DNA of 41,208 bases, taken from positions 1 to 41,208 of the forward strand of contig JAQGDQ010001436.1 of assembly GCA_030141605.1 (NCBI GenBank), read 5' to 3'. The first letter of the stretch is position 1; every line of letters begins with the position of its first letter. Of the stretch, positions 24,283 through 40,175 are shown piece by piece. The notes beneath the pieces were generated by a model that was given only the letters and a program-made list of their open reading frames with translations, was not told where the DNA came from and ran no database searches. This stretch comes from Tubiluchus corallicola (lineage: Eukaryota > Animalia > Priapulida). The position numbers were made by a program, and so were the translations under genes.

Positions 24283-25909
24283 AATTACAAATGCACGGCG
24301 AATTATTACTATTGATACATGCAAAAATATAAACTTATAGAAAGGCTTATACCTGTTTATGTAAGATTTCTTATTCATATGGATTTTATGTAAAAACGCA
24401 AAAAATCTGTTTTATCCTGGCACAAAGATATATATATAGTAATTCTTTCTTTGTCAATTAAAATGGTCCACTCATTACAATAAAATTGAGTAAGCCTCAG
24501 CGTAATGTTAAAATAACAACACTGTTCAAGACAAATGCGTGCAGACTAAAAAAACTAAAGTGCAAAACTAAGGCTTAATTATATACAATAAATGAACAAA
24601 TTTACAAACACCATATTAAAATATTTTTACAAAACAATATTACAAAAGTACGTTAAATTTTACATGACATATTTTACACAATATACATTTGACATGACAC
24701 AATTAACAGAAACATGTAACAATATACATAAATTTCACTCATTACATTTACACTATTTATACATTTGACATTACAAAACTAACATAACACATATTACATT
24801 ACATAATTTTGTAAAAAAATTTCATTTTTAATCGTTTTATGGAGTCAGGGGCGGGGGTAGATGAAAGTTGAGTCTGTGTAATTAGTAAAATACACTTAGA
24901 AAACACTGTTATTTTTGACAAAAAGTGATTCAAACAACCCAGCAATGCACTTATAATACACACATTTTCCACGTACTTGCTAATAAAATAAAATTTTAAT
25001 GAACCAAAATTTTGAGTCTTGCAGTTTTTGCAATATCTCAATATTACATATTTTAACTTAATATTTTACTAAGTAACAACAGTGTTTCACGAACTTGTGG
25101 TCTATACTTACGTAGAATAGCAGTCATCCTATACCGACTGACTGACTGAGTGACTAACTGACTTACTGACTGACTGGCCGATCGACCGACTGGCTGGCTA
25201 ACCAATACGGTTACATGTATTTTAATTTCCTGTGACAATATTTGATGATTTTTACTGGCGTGCAATGAGATGATAATTTACATTTTCTACAACTATTGTC
25301 TCTAAGAAATAAAAACGGTAATAAAAAAATTTATTTTACTCTATAAAAAAACTATTTTAATCCTATACTTGTAAATTTGGCTGCATGAATGATTGTTCAC
25401 CTGCCAGTCTACCGTATTTCACGGTCGAATTATATGGCTTTCCGGTCTTTGCTCCAAATTTTACCTACTTGGCTATAAACTTGTTTTAATCATTTTAAAG
25501 ACTTGTTAAACGGGGACTCTAAATCTTTATGAGTCTCTGCTAAATGGATTTGCCAGTAAACAGACCACGCCGTATAAACACGAATTTTCACTGGTTTAAA
25601 CTGTAAGACGTAATTTTACATAAAATAGAAATTTATCAGATCAACTTGTCTGTAAGATCAGGTGTGGGGGCTTACGAAACAATACTAAATTAAAAGTTTG
25701 TTTCAGTTTTGTTGACTCGTTTTTTTAGTTTTTCGTGTTGTTTCGTTGTGTGTGTGCGTGTGCGTGTGCGTGTGTGTGTGTGTTATATAGTTATTGTTAA
25801 TCCTTTCACTTATATATATATATGATACATGTATACGTATATATGTGGATAAATCCTTTCTGCCTGCAAAAACGGGCACCATGTACCATCTGTATAATAT
25901 TTAAAATTT

Positions 25910-25944
<35 letters not shown>

Positions 25945-28211
25945 TATCATCATCATCATCAAAATCATCATCATCATCACATCATCGTCGTCATCATCAT
26001 CATCATAATCACTGTCATCATCATCATCGCCATCGTCGTCGTCGTCGACATCATCATCGTCATCATCATCATCTCAATGCAACGAATATAGTTCATCGAG
26101 GATCTTTATCATTACGGCAATAACTTTTACTCTACAGGCTGGCCAGCTCAGAAATTTTTTAACCCTTAAAACAATGACTACACATCAGTAAGTGTGTAAA
26201 CAGTGATTCCCCGTTAGCTAAAGCATTATGACTAATATCGCCTAAGCTATTCACGTAACAAATAAATTGCAAAAAATAAAAAAGGAGATGATTGATAAAA
26301 AAAGTGTTAAACAATGAAGTGCCGAAGCATTTTTTACATTTTTTACATCAAATTTACATTAATTACATTTTTTACATTAAATTTACATTAATTAAAAATT
26401 TAAATTAAATTCCAGACGCACCAAAACATGAATAAAGTAAAGCTGTAAAGGAGGAATTCTACAGAAAATGTATTCCAGATATTTCCAGGTGAGTAACCGA
26501 TTGTAAGGTGACATCACAGCGCCATCTGTCGTCCAGAAGCGTCGACAAAACTCAAGAATGTTAAGAAAAACATGGCGGCGTAAATTGTAGTCAAAGGCTA
26601 AAAAGGAGTATTTAAGCACGCAGTACAGTTGAATCAGCGCAAACGAGCTTGTTATAGCTTTCAAAAGCCGAATACCAAGCTATTCTTGCGCATGCGTAGA
26701 CACTAAGTTAGAGATGAAAACGATTATGCTAGAGGTGCTCAACGAAAGGGTATATACTCTACGTAGAACGTAGCTTGAAAAAATTCGTCTGATGAGCAAA
26801 ATTCATATATTGTTTACACGTTATATAACTAGATACGTCTTTTATCATTGTTAAAAAAGTATTGGTGCTCTATGGCATGGTTCCACGCAAAATGGCGTGT
26901 ATACGGCAGACAGAATAAATACATTACGTATGCGTTTCCTTCATTATTAGACACACAAGCAAACTGAGACATTTGTAAAATGAAACGTATAATCACGTGA
27001 CATTTCTTGTTAAGAAGCTAAAACAATCTTTTGAGAAAAATACGTACACATATCATCACGCCATTGAAGCAACGTACAGGCTGCACTAAACCTCTTCGCC
27101 GTATCCAATTAAGGCTTTACCCACACGCTGTTCAGCATTTCACGAATCTGCAAAAACGTAACGCGTTTTCTTAGCGAAATAACAGTCACAAAACTGTGAA
27201 ATATCACCTCACGAACACCCTTCAACTCTTACAACACGAGAGAGAGCTCAGTCTCCTACTGTTAACAGAGCAGAGCAGAGTATGAACTGCCTGTCTGAGA
27301 CTCTAATAGTTAGTCAGTCTGTATACGTTGAGCACACAGGATCATTAGGCATTGTTAATGGTGTTCTCGATATATCTACAATCTTTTATGGCTTTTTAAT
27401 GTTTCTGGCTGCCATAAAGACCCAGTTATACTGTAACAAACTGCCCCGACTGGCTACAGTTACTGTACAAGCAAAATAATTTGATGTTTGCTACCGTTTG
27501 ATAGGGTACCATTAATCATACAGCGAATACCGTATGCTGTGCTATTACTGCAGTCAATATACATCCAGTTTTCATTGGCGTGATGGGTAGCCACTGTCTA
27601 TGCATGGCCAACTCCATTTTGCAAGTACGTTATACGAATTTCTTTTGTTTGGTGGTGTAATAATTTGAAATCAGTCAATTTCATAAAGTTTAGAAATTTA
27701 GCGATTAATCGACAACAGCGTTTAATATTGAAAAATTACCTGCTTGAGGAAAGTCAAAATTAGCCTATCTTTGAAAATCAAATGATTTCCGTTGTAAACC
27801 CATGTGAACTTTTTAAATTCGTGTAAGTTTCTTAATTTTGATGACATTTAGAATTAAGAATTATTCACAAATTTTTGTATGCAAATACAAAAATGTAAAA
27901 TGTAAATTAAAAGGTTAATTAACTTAAACATAAACACTGTAATGTTTACTAACAAGTATAGCCAATTAATAAAGCGTAAAGCATTATTTTAACTTCATCA
28001 CTACCGAAATCGCACGTACATACTTATTTTGTATACGATTGTACATACAATTTATTAGATTTACCATGAACATACAACGAGTTTACAATGGGAATTTACG
28101 CAGAAAGCATTTAAGGCTTTTGCTATGCCTCCGGGCAGCACCAGGAAGAAAATCTCATGTTCGTGCTGCCCAGAGTAATGGTAAAATTGAGAAATAAAAA
28201 CAGAAATTCAT

Positions 28212-28730
<519 letters not shown>

Positions 28731-29824
28731 ATGAGGACAAAATTTGAAAAGGTAGAAATTCAGCATGTTGAAGATAGAAATACACGAATGAAAGATGTTA
28801 GTACGATGATGTTATGACGATTATCAAGTCATGATAATATTTCCAAAGCATAAATATAGCTAAAATAAGAATAAAATAAAAAATAAAAAGAGGTAGAATT
28901 AATTGCCAATTATATTATATATTTTTATAGAGATGAAATGACAGTTGTGAGAATTCGAATGTATATACGGTGAATTAATATTGGTATATAAACTAATAAT
29001 CATAATCTTTTTAGTCGACTTCAAAAATAAAGTTTATATATAATTGTCTACACCCCCCTGTTTCATAATTATGTGAATAATCAATCACCAATATTAATTT
29101 GGCTTCCAAGAAGTAAGAAATAATAAGTGACTCTAAAGACTTTCCTAAGTTTCCAGTTAATAAAATTATGTAAAATCATGTCTTAGTTTTTTAATTCTCG
29201 GTTTTTGCCAATTTCAATTTTATTTTCGAGAACGTATCCGAACGAATATCACAACAGGTACTGTAGCTAATTTTCCCCTCAAATTCGTAACTAATTAATC
29301 AGGTAATTAAAAACAAAAGAGGCGACAAAATTAGTGCATTTACCCCGCAAAGGGTCAACAGACGTAAGAGAAAGGGGACCCAAATTTAAAAACTAATTAA
29401 CCTTAGGTAGCTTGTCAAGAAATGCTGATAAATTAATGAAGATCGTTAGTAACCGGTTTCACCTCACGCGTAGCTCGAGCTACTGTGGTTCAAGCATACA
29501 CTGATTTTACTTCTTCCGTTTTGGGGGTAGTTACAGATAATAAAGGGTGGTGTAGAAAAAATGTACTGAAACTTAGAGGAAGACAGGATGGTTTTTCATA
29601 TCCTTCACCATTTTCAAATCCGATAAAAAGTATACATTTTAACGCCATTAATATAGCAAAAGCGTTTCTGATAATTAAATAATAGACTAAAATCTTAATT
29701 AACGGCTGAGGAGCCCGTTTGAATACAGAGGAACTAAAGACAAAAATTACTGAGTACTTCAATGAAATGCCCTTCAATGAAGTGAGAAACAACGTCAGCT
29801 GTTAAAAGAAACGTCTTCGTCTAG

Positions 29825-30080
29825 TACAGTACAGTGGACACCTAGCCCACTTTCTGTACAGTACAGTGGACACCTAGCCCACTTGCTGTACAGTACAGTG
29901 GACACCTAGCCCACTTGCTGTACAGTACAGTGGACACCTAGCCCACTTGCTGTACAGTACAGTGGACACCTAGCCCACTTGCTGTACAGTACAGTGGACA
30001 CCTAGCCCACTTGCTGTACAGTACAGTGGACACCTAGCCCACTTGCTGTACAGTACAGTGGACACCTAGCCCACTTGCTG
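29825..30080 (-). repeat. 32-bp minisatellite, 8 copies (mirror)
   Basis: One more unit than the left arm; the paired-coordinate sum shifts by exactly 32 across it (41205 to 41173). Confidence 0.97.
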
Positions 30081-32498
30081 TAAGTTTTAACATTGACTCG
30101 CATTTTCTCCAGCATCTTTTCTGGTTTGTTGTTCTAAAACTGCTGTAATTTTGGAAAAATCTGATCAAACGACCTCAGAAGTTTTTTGTGCGTGTTTATG
30201 CAAAACCGAACGCTGTCCCATCATTCTGACAATTTGCAAGCGATTCCATTAACTTCGTATTAAACTATGGTGATCAAAATTTCTGTGATGCCACCTGACA
30301 CATAATTACATAATTACAATTACACTTACAATAATATGCACTTAAATACTCAGTTAGTGTGGCCTGCGCAGGTCGTGATGACTCGACAAAAAGAAAAAAA
30401 TCCGTAGAGAAATGTATATACAAAATAGAGAAATCACAAATAAAGTGCGTAAAAAATGTAATAAGAAAATGCTCCAAGACGGTAACCGGATTGACACACC
30501 TGTATTCCTAATAAGGAAAACCTTAATTATCAGAAAACACATTATGGACTGATAATAGTTATTTCCAACAGAAAGATCCGTTAAGCGTCATGTGTAGTAT
30601 GATTCACAGCAGTTAATACGTTGTGCTTGTGAGTCAGGAAATAAACAGACGCTGAAAAAAATGTATTTGGAAAAACTATGTTACGAAATAACTTTTATAA
30701 ACGGGTCCATTCAACTCTGTAACTCTCATAAGATATTATTACCTTTACCAATAATAAGCGAGCAAGTGTAATTTTGAGAAACTAGGAAAATTCCAAAAAA
30801 CTCTGGGCCCTATCATCAAAGCAACGAACGTTGCAACTCAATTGCAGCTTTTCCCATATAAGGATATCACGTGATCTAATCTCGACGCTTTTTTCCACGG
30901 AATTGGCTGTCTTGGGCTGGTATTATAAAACTATTATGCGTTAAAAGTTTAAAGCAGACCTCATAGCTGTCAGGCTAACACAATGGCACAGGGGCCTCAC
31001 ATTCATCATAAGAACGTCGCCCTGTCCAACCTGTCAACTCTGCTGACGTGTCCAAGGCTCTCTGGCGATGATTTCAATAGCCAGCAGTTTGCTAGGAACT
31101 TTATTACAGTTGTGGGGAGGTGTATGAATTCTGGAAAGTTTGACAAACATGGCTGTGCGTACTTTGTCAGCAATGGAGTCAACAGAGACGCTCGTCATTT
31201 ATCACAATCACGAGGCAAACGTAATCCTATGTACATATACATATATGAACTATAATAAATTTATAAATGCACATGCAGTGGGTCTCCAGGCCTCTGTCAT
31301 ATTCATTAGGGCTGGTAACTAATGGCGTTATACTAATGTAATTAATTTGTACACAACTGTCATTGTGTATGCTTTGATTAATGAGGCGAGTAAAAATACG
31401 TATAAACAAAATTTTCTTAATGCTGTTTGACTAATTGATATTTGACTTGTTAATTAGGCTCACATTGTTTCACGATGTGGGTTGAATGACTCATAACTGG
31501 TAATACGCTTGTTTAAAAGATTAAAAAATGAAAAATCAGATCTGTGTAGTTCACACGAGAAGTGTGCTCAATACATTTTCGAATTGACAAAAAAGTCATA
31601 TTGAGTATTCAGCTGACAGTGTAATAAAATTGATAGTATCAAACAGACCTTAAAGTCTTAGACGCGAAAATTATTTCCTTTACAGAAAGACGTGAGTTGA
31701 TTAAAAATTGGCAAAATGATTTCGCATGGAACCACGTAAAGCGTGTCTAGAAACTTGGAATTATATGTTTAAAAAAAGTTTATGCAGGCTACTATATTAG
31801 AACGTTTTTGGATTGTAAATTGGTGTTTTATTTGTATTACAAATACCAAACCCATAGCTCTGGGTTGAAACTTACTTTGGACGTTCTAATACAGTGTTCA
31901 TCAAGGAGCAATGCTGACCCCTATACTGTGTAATAAAGTCTGCATTATACAGGCACAATTCTTTCAGCCTGCATGGTGTCCACACGTATAAAAATGTAAT
32001 TTCATCTATCTGTTTATAGCTTACCACCATGAACAGAACAATTCAGATTTCTGTTGCTTGCTACTGCTGCTGCAGCCTGGGCGGTAGATGCAAAGGGAAC
32101 ATCTGCATGACAGGATGCAGTAAAGTTGAAAATAGGCAGTCATAAACCGCGGGCCGGCAACTTTATGACCTGTCCATCCTATGTGGGGCAGTTTCTTCTT
32201 GGACACGCACGCATGTACCTAACAGCCCCACGGAGTGTTATTCTGGTGCCGATGCGGTCATTATGTATGGAATCTAGCAGCACACCGTCATAAATTATCC
32301 AGCCGCCGGACAGTGGGCAACGCATCCAAACTGTCATCTATGCATACTAAATCAAAATAGGTGTAGTAAAGTCATGGGCGCAGCTCCCCGAATACGAAAA
32401 TATGTAACACAATAGTTTTATCTTATGCACTCTATATTTATGAGCCTAAACGTATTTCTGTTGCCTGGATATCGTAAGAAAACTCCAATATTACTTAA

Positions 32499-32934
32499 CC
32501 CTTTCATACCCGTTGTATCCCATGGGATACGAGAATATTTTCTGCCTTTAAAATTAATAAAATTTTAAAACTAACAGTTATTTGATCTGTTAATAGTTAT
32601 TTTGATTTAAGCCAATAACAATAGACTAAAAATGATGATAAAATGGCAAACTAGAAAATCTACAAAGCATAAAAAACTGTGTAAGGTACAGTACTTTAGA
32701 GACGACTTTGTACAGATCAGCATAGCATGCATACTAAATGTCTTAAATACTTTAAAAAATTATCAGCAGTTGCAAAATGAAGCAGATTTTTTACTTTTGT
32801 TGTGTTTTTAAAAAAGTCGGACTTTGTTTTTTGCACATAACAAAGAATGTTGTGTATCCCACAGGATACATTGGGAACAAAAGTACCAAGCCAAAAAATG
32901 TTTTCTTATTAAAAATAATTTGGGACTGAAAGGG
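32499..32934. mobile_element. Mirror copy of piggyBac-type MITE
   Basis: TTAA at 32495-98 and 32935-38; same TIRs; at least 5 substitutions relative to the left copy. Confidence 0.9.
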
Positions 32935-35555
32935 TTAAGTTGAACAACCAGGGATTTGGTAGCTTTACATTAAGTCTCAGAGACGGTAGTTTAGAAGTTA
33001 CACCCTATGTTGAATCAATATATTTCGATAAAACAATTCGAAAGATCAATACGCTTTGCATCGTCTCCATTTGCAAATGAATCTATATGAATAATGCAGC
33101 TTGTAAATACAACAAACGTTCTTTTGTTCTTTTAAATATTGCCTGTCAAGAAAAGAAAGTCGAGTTAATATTAATAAGAAATTAATACTAGTTTTTTATA
33201 TTTTTTGTCTATTATTTAGTATTTACTTATTTTGAATATTGCCAGTCAAGAAAAGAAAGTCGAGTTAATATTAATAAGAAATTAATACTAGTTTTTATAT
33301 TTTTTGTCTATTATTTAGTATTTACTTATTTTGAATATTGTTAGTCAAGAAAAGAAAATCGAATATATATTAATAAGAAATTAATACTAGCATTTTTATT
33401 AGATTAAAAAGAGATTTATTCCACACAGTACATATATCAAAAATATTCCGAGATTTCCAGATTTTAATACTAACACTGGGACAATCACTACCAAATTAAA
33501 TTGATTTCCTAATTCACATTAACCTTTTGATTTATAATTAGCTATAATCTGTAATTAATTAATTAAACTATCTTATTTTCAGAAATGTTAATTAATGATG
33601 GATAAGGCAGGCATTAAAAATAAAATTTGAGATTGTATGTAACATATGATACGTTAATAACGTTACATTGTATCTCATGAGAATTTTTGTATTAAAAATC
33701 AGTCCGGTAAAATACACGATGCTCTACGGCTCTATCATTCCCAAAACGTCTTTGTTATTATTTACACCTACAATATATACATAGGTGACTCACCAGCTGG
33801 TTCATAATCATTCAGTCACGTTTTTTTCAAATATTTAATAATTTTCGTTGATTACGTCATCAATGATGCCGAAATTAAGAGAACAATATTGTAGCAGTTA
33901 GAGTTGACTTGCTTGTCAGACATTTTGCATGTGATGCAATGAAGGCGTGGCTTGTGACAACATTTCAAAAAATCGTGAGCTTTGATTGGACACTGAGGTT
34001 TTGATGATAGGTTTATAGTAATGACGCGTGAAAATTCTTCAAGGAAAAGTGAAATTTTTTCCTTTCCGTTACAAACAAGCCAACTGAAGCTTAAATAAAG
34101 GAAAATCGCAAGACGGCAGAAAAAAGAAATTTTGATGAAAATTAAAAAAACACAGAAGACAAGAAGGACAGATGGCTAAATAAGAACGAAAACGAAAAAA
34201 ATAAAATGTCTCGTCGGTTTTAAAAAAACTATTAATCAAGGAGCAAATCAAGCGTCTTATTACCACAGTGGACAAACTATATTAATCGTTTTCCTTTTTA
34301 TTTTAAATGACAAGATTTTACTGTACTGAAGGAGTTAAATATAATTACTTATGCCAGTGCAAAGAAAATTGTCTTTAAAAGACAAGGAAAGGGGGTACCT
34401 GAAGTGGGTTTCTGAAAAATTGCCTAAAAAATTATACTACTTTAAGGCAATTTTATGCACATATCGTACTCGCGTTGAAAATAATTTTTGTTTGTCTTCA
34501 TTTTAAATCTCCCGCAATACTGTACCGAAGTCGCCATTACATGACGTCACCAACGCAAACGTAAATCAAGGGAAGAAAAGGAAATGTTAAATTATGACCC
34601 AAAAACTTTCCATGCAAATCTATATTACTTAGCATTTCATTTACCTGCTGGAAAGACTTACGTAACTAGAAATAATAATTTAAAATGTTTGTGCCAATTG
34701 GTAAAATGTCACTGACTCACCCTCCAGGGTGCGCCACTCACTAACCAAAAACGTATTTTTAATCTTATTGAAAAGATACAGTAATTTTACTTAGTCAGTA
34801 ACATGTGTGCTATGAATGCTCTGATTATTTTTTCAAACTTCATGCAGTGTTATCTAAACTTGTTTCAAACGATCTACCATTAGAATGGCTGCCTCTAAGG
34901 GTGATTGCGGGAGTTTACCTTTACAAGTTTTATACAGCGTTACTGTCGGCGCAAGCCTTGCATGCAAAAAGCCAGTATGTAAGTGGTGTAAAATTTCAAG
35001 ACGATTTTTTTAAGTTTTATGTAAGTGGAGGATTTTCTTGTACTTTAACAATCAGGATTCACGAATTTCGCTTCCATCTTATTCGAAAACTGAAACCGAG
35101 GCTGATAATTATTCAATTCGTCTAAGGTTGATTGTAAGCGCGTTAAGATTACCCTGAGTAAGTTAGTAGTTTATCTAAGTTGTGTTAGCAAACCACAAAT
35201 TGCAACAATGATTTATCAGACTCGCACGGTCTTCGTGCAAACAGCTTCTTGAGAAATTAATTGGATAATTAGCGGCTGAGAAGCGATAAACTGAAATCGT
35301 TTAGTTTTCTCTCGGGTTTTCCTCACGCCCACCCAAATCTAGGAATGAATTTTACGACCTTTCAATCGTATTTCTCGTGACTGAAGTTCTAATTTTACAT
35401 TCGCGTTGGTTTCTCCCGGTTTTCCTTCAACCGATGGACTTTCAAATGTCAATCCAGACACTAAATACACGAGTAAATTAGTCTTACTTTACTGCAAATG
35501 TACTAGTCCTACGAAAATTTGAACAAAAGGACCAAGTTAAAAAATCTACTCTATC

Positions 35556-36182
35556 CAGAGCTGGCTTAAGCAGTTGTACGGCCTGGGCAAAAATTGTTTT
35601 AGCCCCCCCCCCCTTAACGGTCAACTTCTTCCTCATGGTCCCCACCACAAAATTGAAGTTTTGAAGCATATAATAAAGTACAATGGTGCCTGGGCTTATA
35701 CATGTACCATAGTGTACTAATCTATAGTTTACTAATTACCTATAGTTAATTACATATCTACAGCTTGTGTTGATTTCATTTGAAATTGAATTTATGACGT
35801 CATTGTAGGTCCTAGCTCTCAAATCAGAAGCAATTAAAATTTCTATAATTTCTGCTGCAAGACCTTCATGTACAGACTCTTGGCTTTCTCATCAAAATTT
35901 TTTTTTGAAACACTGACTCCCCTTTTTCACATACATCCACCTCATTATCTTTTTTCTGTTCAATGTCTGCCAGCTTTTTTACCTTTCGTGTTCTATATTA
36001 GGGTCCCGAAGGCTTCGATTCTGAAGGTTTATTTTGATATGAAAGTAACGCAAGTTGGGCGATTAAGCAATTATACATACATTATGTTATAACTAATACT
36101 AAACTTGAAAATTAATGAATTTCTTCTAAAAATTAGCGTCCTTGTCAACTGCCTAGTCTGCCTAGTAGTACAGCCGGTTCTG
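35556..36182. mobile_element. Mirror copy of hAT-type MITE (627 bp)
   Basis: Same TIRs and TSD; homopolymer is C11 here versus G8 in the left arm. Confidence 0.75.
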
Positions 36183-36199
36183 ACTCTATTGGTCTCTTA

Positions 36200-36869
36200 G
36201 TTCAATTCAATTCAATTCAATTCAAAGGTTTTATTCATCTCTAATATTTATAGCACAAATACAACAAATTATGTAAAGTATGTAGAGATGGGGTGGCGAA
36301 AAACCAGGAGGTCATCGAGTCAGCCACCCCTATATAACTTAGAAATATTATAAAGCACGGCAGACTGCATAGTTAAGTGAATAATACGTGGTTAGATCTT
36401 AAGTGTAGCAAATAAATGAAATGCAAAGCAGTTATATTATAATTGTACCAATGGAAAAAAGCAAGCAAATAATGCAATTAAAAATTAAAACAACAACTGA
36501 ACAAGTCACGAATGCAACAACAAAAAAGCAAGCAATCTGGTTAAATCATAAATGCAGCGAGTGAACTAAAATGCAGCAAATGAACGAAAATGTAGTTAAA
36601 TAATGAATGCAAAAAAACAAAAATAAAATAAAAGGAAGAAAATTTGTGCAGTAAGTATTAAAATGTAATAAATGAACAAAAGCAATCAGTAATCATAATG
36701 TGACAAGTTAACAGAAAAAGCAAGCAATGCAGTCAATTTAGAAATGCCTCTCTATAGGCCTCCCATTCAAGCTTTGAAAAAAATGTTTAAAAACTGGACA
36801 ATTTTGACATATTTTGTGTGTTTTCATTCAAGTATATTGTCTACTCAGGCATTCCTAACTGTACTATAC
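36200..36869 (-). mobile_element. Mirror copy of LINE 3' remnant
   Basis: (TTCAA)n tail at ~36200-36226 and stem-loop ggggtggcg...gccacccc. Confidence 0.6.
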
Positions 36870-38439
36870 TTAATATAAAAGTTAGTTCAAAAATTCCTAA
36901 TTATTATACGGATAACTTTACGCTTGTGAGCTCTAAATATTCCTATCATTATAATTGCATCATTATTTGCAAATTATAGCCTATGACGTAACGAAAATGA
37001 TTATAATTTTATTGTAATCTACTTTATCGCAAATAAAGTATATAGGTACGTTTTTATGTATGTACAATTGAAAAAGTACACGTAATTAAGCTTTTAAAAG
37101 AAATATTATGATTGTTAGTTTAGTGCATAGAAAAACGACTCCATAAAGTCCTAAAATACGTTAGTTTGATTTTTTTTCTCAAAAATTTATCTACTATATT
37201 AAAATTAAACACGTTTAAGACACCTCAACTCTGTTACAGAAATTACGATTATTGATTAATTATCTTATCAAACTAATATTAATCACTATTTTGAACAATA
37301 CAAGATCTTATTAGTCAAAAAAGGATCTGGTTTCGTAATATATGTACCTTAAACATTTCGTTGTAACGGATGGTGAGTTTTTATCCTACAATGTTAGAAG
37401 TTAAGCGTTCATTGTTAACCTGTTCATTGTCCATTGTTCATTGTTCATTGAATAATATAAAAATTGCAAGATTAAAATTTAGAACAAGAGGAATTAACGA
37501 ATAGCTTGTCCAAAAATTTTACAACTGCATATACCACTGCTTCTCGCGTTATTTCAGACTGCAAATTCTACTTAATAAAAATCTCAATAATAATAATTTA
37601 AAACGTACTTAATAAGACATCTATGATTATCATAATTAATATTTCGAATGGCTATCGTTTACAATGTACAATGTGCTATTTAAAATTGTATGACAAAATT
37701 AAGTTGTGAGCCATATAATTGAAAGTAATATAATTTCATTCAGCGAAACTTTAACTGCCAAGGTTTAAATATTATAGGTTTATGGGTAATATATTGTTAC
37801 AATTGCGCAAAAAATAGCAAAGAAAATTTTTTACTTATACTAGTTTTTTAATACTATATAAAAGTTTTTTATTATACTATTTAACATATTCATTCTGCGC
37901 TAAGGGTCCAATCGTTTTAGTAATTAAAATCGTTATAAACCGTCATTATGATTATGTAGCATCATAAAAGACATTTATCTACCATAATTATGATATCATT
38001 CTGAGAGTGCAAGCTGTTCGTTTTTCATTGCAAAAAAGTTTGATTGTTTGGCACTTTTTGACCACCCGGTAGGAACTCTGTATAAATTGATTGACGAGTT
38101 AAGGATTTTGGTATAACGCCAATTCAAGCGTGCGACACATTACTAAATTACTCCAACAAATTCGGAACGATTAAGACCCGGTATCCCATGGTCAAGGGTT
38201 TATACTCGACAGTGAGCGTTTATTGCTGCAAGAGACCACACCGCGCTATGCGCTGTTGCTATTTCTACGCTCGAATGTCGACTATTCGTACCGAATTTCA
38301 GATGGCTATCTCGACTCCACTTTGCTCCCGAAGCCGACCAAATCAACACTCTTGGACGGAGCTGATACGATACATAACAAAGTAAACAAAGCTGTGTATA
38401 TGTGTGTATAGCTGTCTGTAGGCGTGGACACTAGATATA

Positions 38440-38470
<31 letters not shown>

Positions 38471-40112
38471 GCGGCAGGCAGAAATCATGTAGATTAAGCA
38501 GCGCACACGAAATCTTTAGGCTACGCGTGACGTCATCAGATCATCACCACACTAAAGTGAAACTGTCACACTCGCACACATTTTAGTTGTGCATAGCGAA
38601 AAAGAAACTAGGTACACTAAATCGTGCGGACACCTCGCAAAACCTAACTTTGCATTCTCAAGAAGTGAACACTACGCAACAAACGAACATCACAAGGTAA
38701 GTAATTACGTATTAATTTATTTGCACCTGTTTTTAAAAATGGATGTAACGATCGTCTTCTCTCGGCATCCGCTTTGCTAATCGTCACCGATTTCGATCCC
38801 AAATCTCGAAGAGCATTAATGCATCAACTTTACTCTACAGCGCACAAGAACACAAATGATTTCCCGTCTTTCTCTCTCTCTCTCATAAACATTCGTTACT
38901 CTCAAATTGCTATGAAAGATACAAATTGAATCACGTGATTGAATGTGTAACAGTGTAAGCCATTTTGTTAGAACGTTTATTGCTGACTCTGTAATTACTC
39001 GCTAACACTCAGTCAGCGTGAGCAAAAATCAACTTTACGACTTATGCTAGCTTGATGTTAATGACGTACGGACGTGTTAATGAGTTCGAAACGTATTATT
39101 TTTGCGACCTGTGAATCCGGAGACGTATTGGGGGGAATATTCTATCCCCTCGGATGGCTGCTCTGAATGCGTTTTAAACTGTTTTTTGTGGCGCTGTGTC
39201 ATATCGTTTATTGAGAAACATTAATCTCAGACCAGAATGAGTCCATTTATCATTCTATACTGTAGCTAGCAGATGTTACTGTTTCCTACACGTATGAAAG
39301 GTACCTATACACTTGCAATGAGGGATGCTGATGAAACTAATGATGAAGTTACACCGCGGTACAGCAAATTTGAACAAGAGAAAAAATCCTTCCGTTGCAA
39401 ACATCTTTCGAGTTTTTCAACTGCCTTCATTTTTACATACAACTGTATTAAAAATAATAATTATACTATTATAATCATACTATTATACAATATTATAGTG
39501 ATAATATGCTGTAATAAATTAGGATATTATTTCATAGTATTGAAATGAAATAAACAGTTTTTGACTGTTCTTTTTAGTATGCTTTTTCTTTTGTTTATTT
39601 TACATGTGAATTACCGATTTTATATGTAATTTTTAGTTTTTTCCTACAGGCACTAAAAACATTTATAGTTAAGATACCACAACCAAACGTTTCGACAGAG
39701 CTATTGCTGGCTAGAGCAGTACTTTTCTCCAAACGTTTGACGTGATTTTTAACTATGTAAATTGAAAGATCTAATAACTATAGATAATATAATATATAAT
39801 ATATAATATTATAATAATATTATAATATATAATATATAATAATATATATAATATTATATAATATAATATAAGATAATATTAGGTGTTTTAACTATAAATA
39901 ATTTCTAGTTCTTTCTTTACTCAATTATTAACGTATTTCCAATTGCAATAATAGGTAGAAAAATTATAACATTTGTAGAAAATTAGTAGTTTTCGGTCTG
40001 AGTTGCAAAACTTTGCTTTTAATTAATTATAAATTGTAATGAAGCAGCTCATAAAATCGTTTCACTCTGCAACCTGATGTTAAGCACTTTATATGCAAAC
40101 TGGTTAGTATAA

Positions 40113-40175
<63 letters not shown>

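Noticed and set aside
26785-26830. CTGATGAG as a hammerhead ribozyme core
   Set aside because: No stem II followed by GAAA, and no cleavage-site helix.
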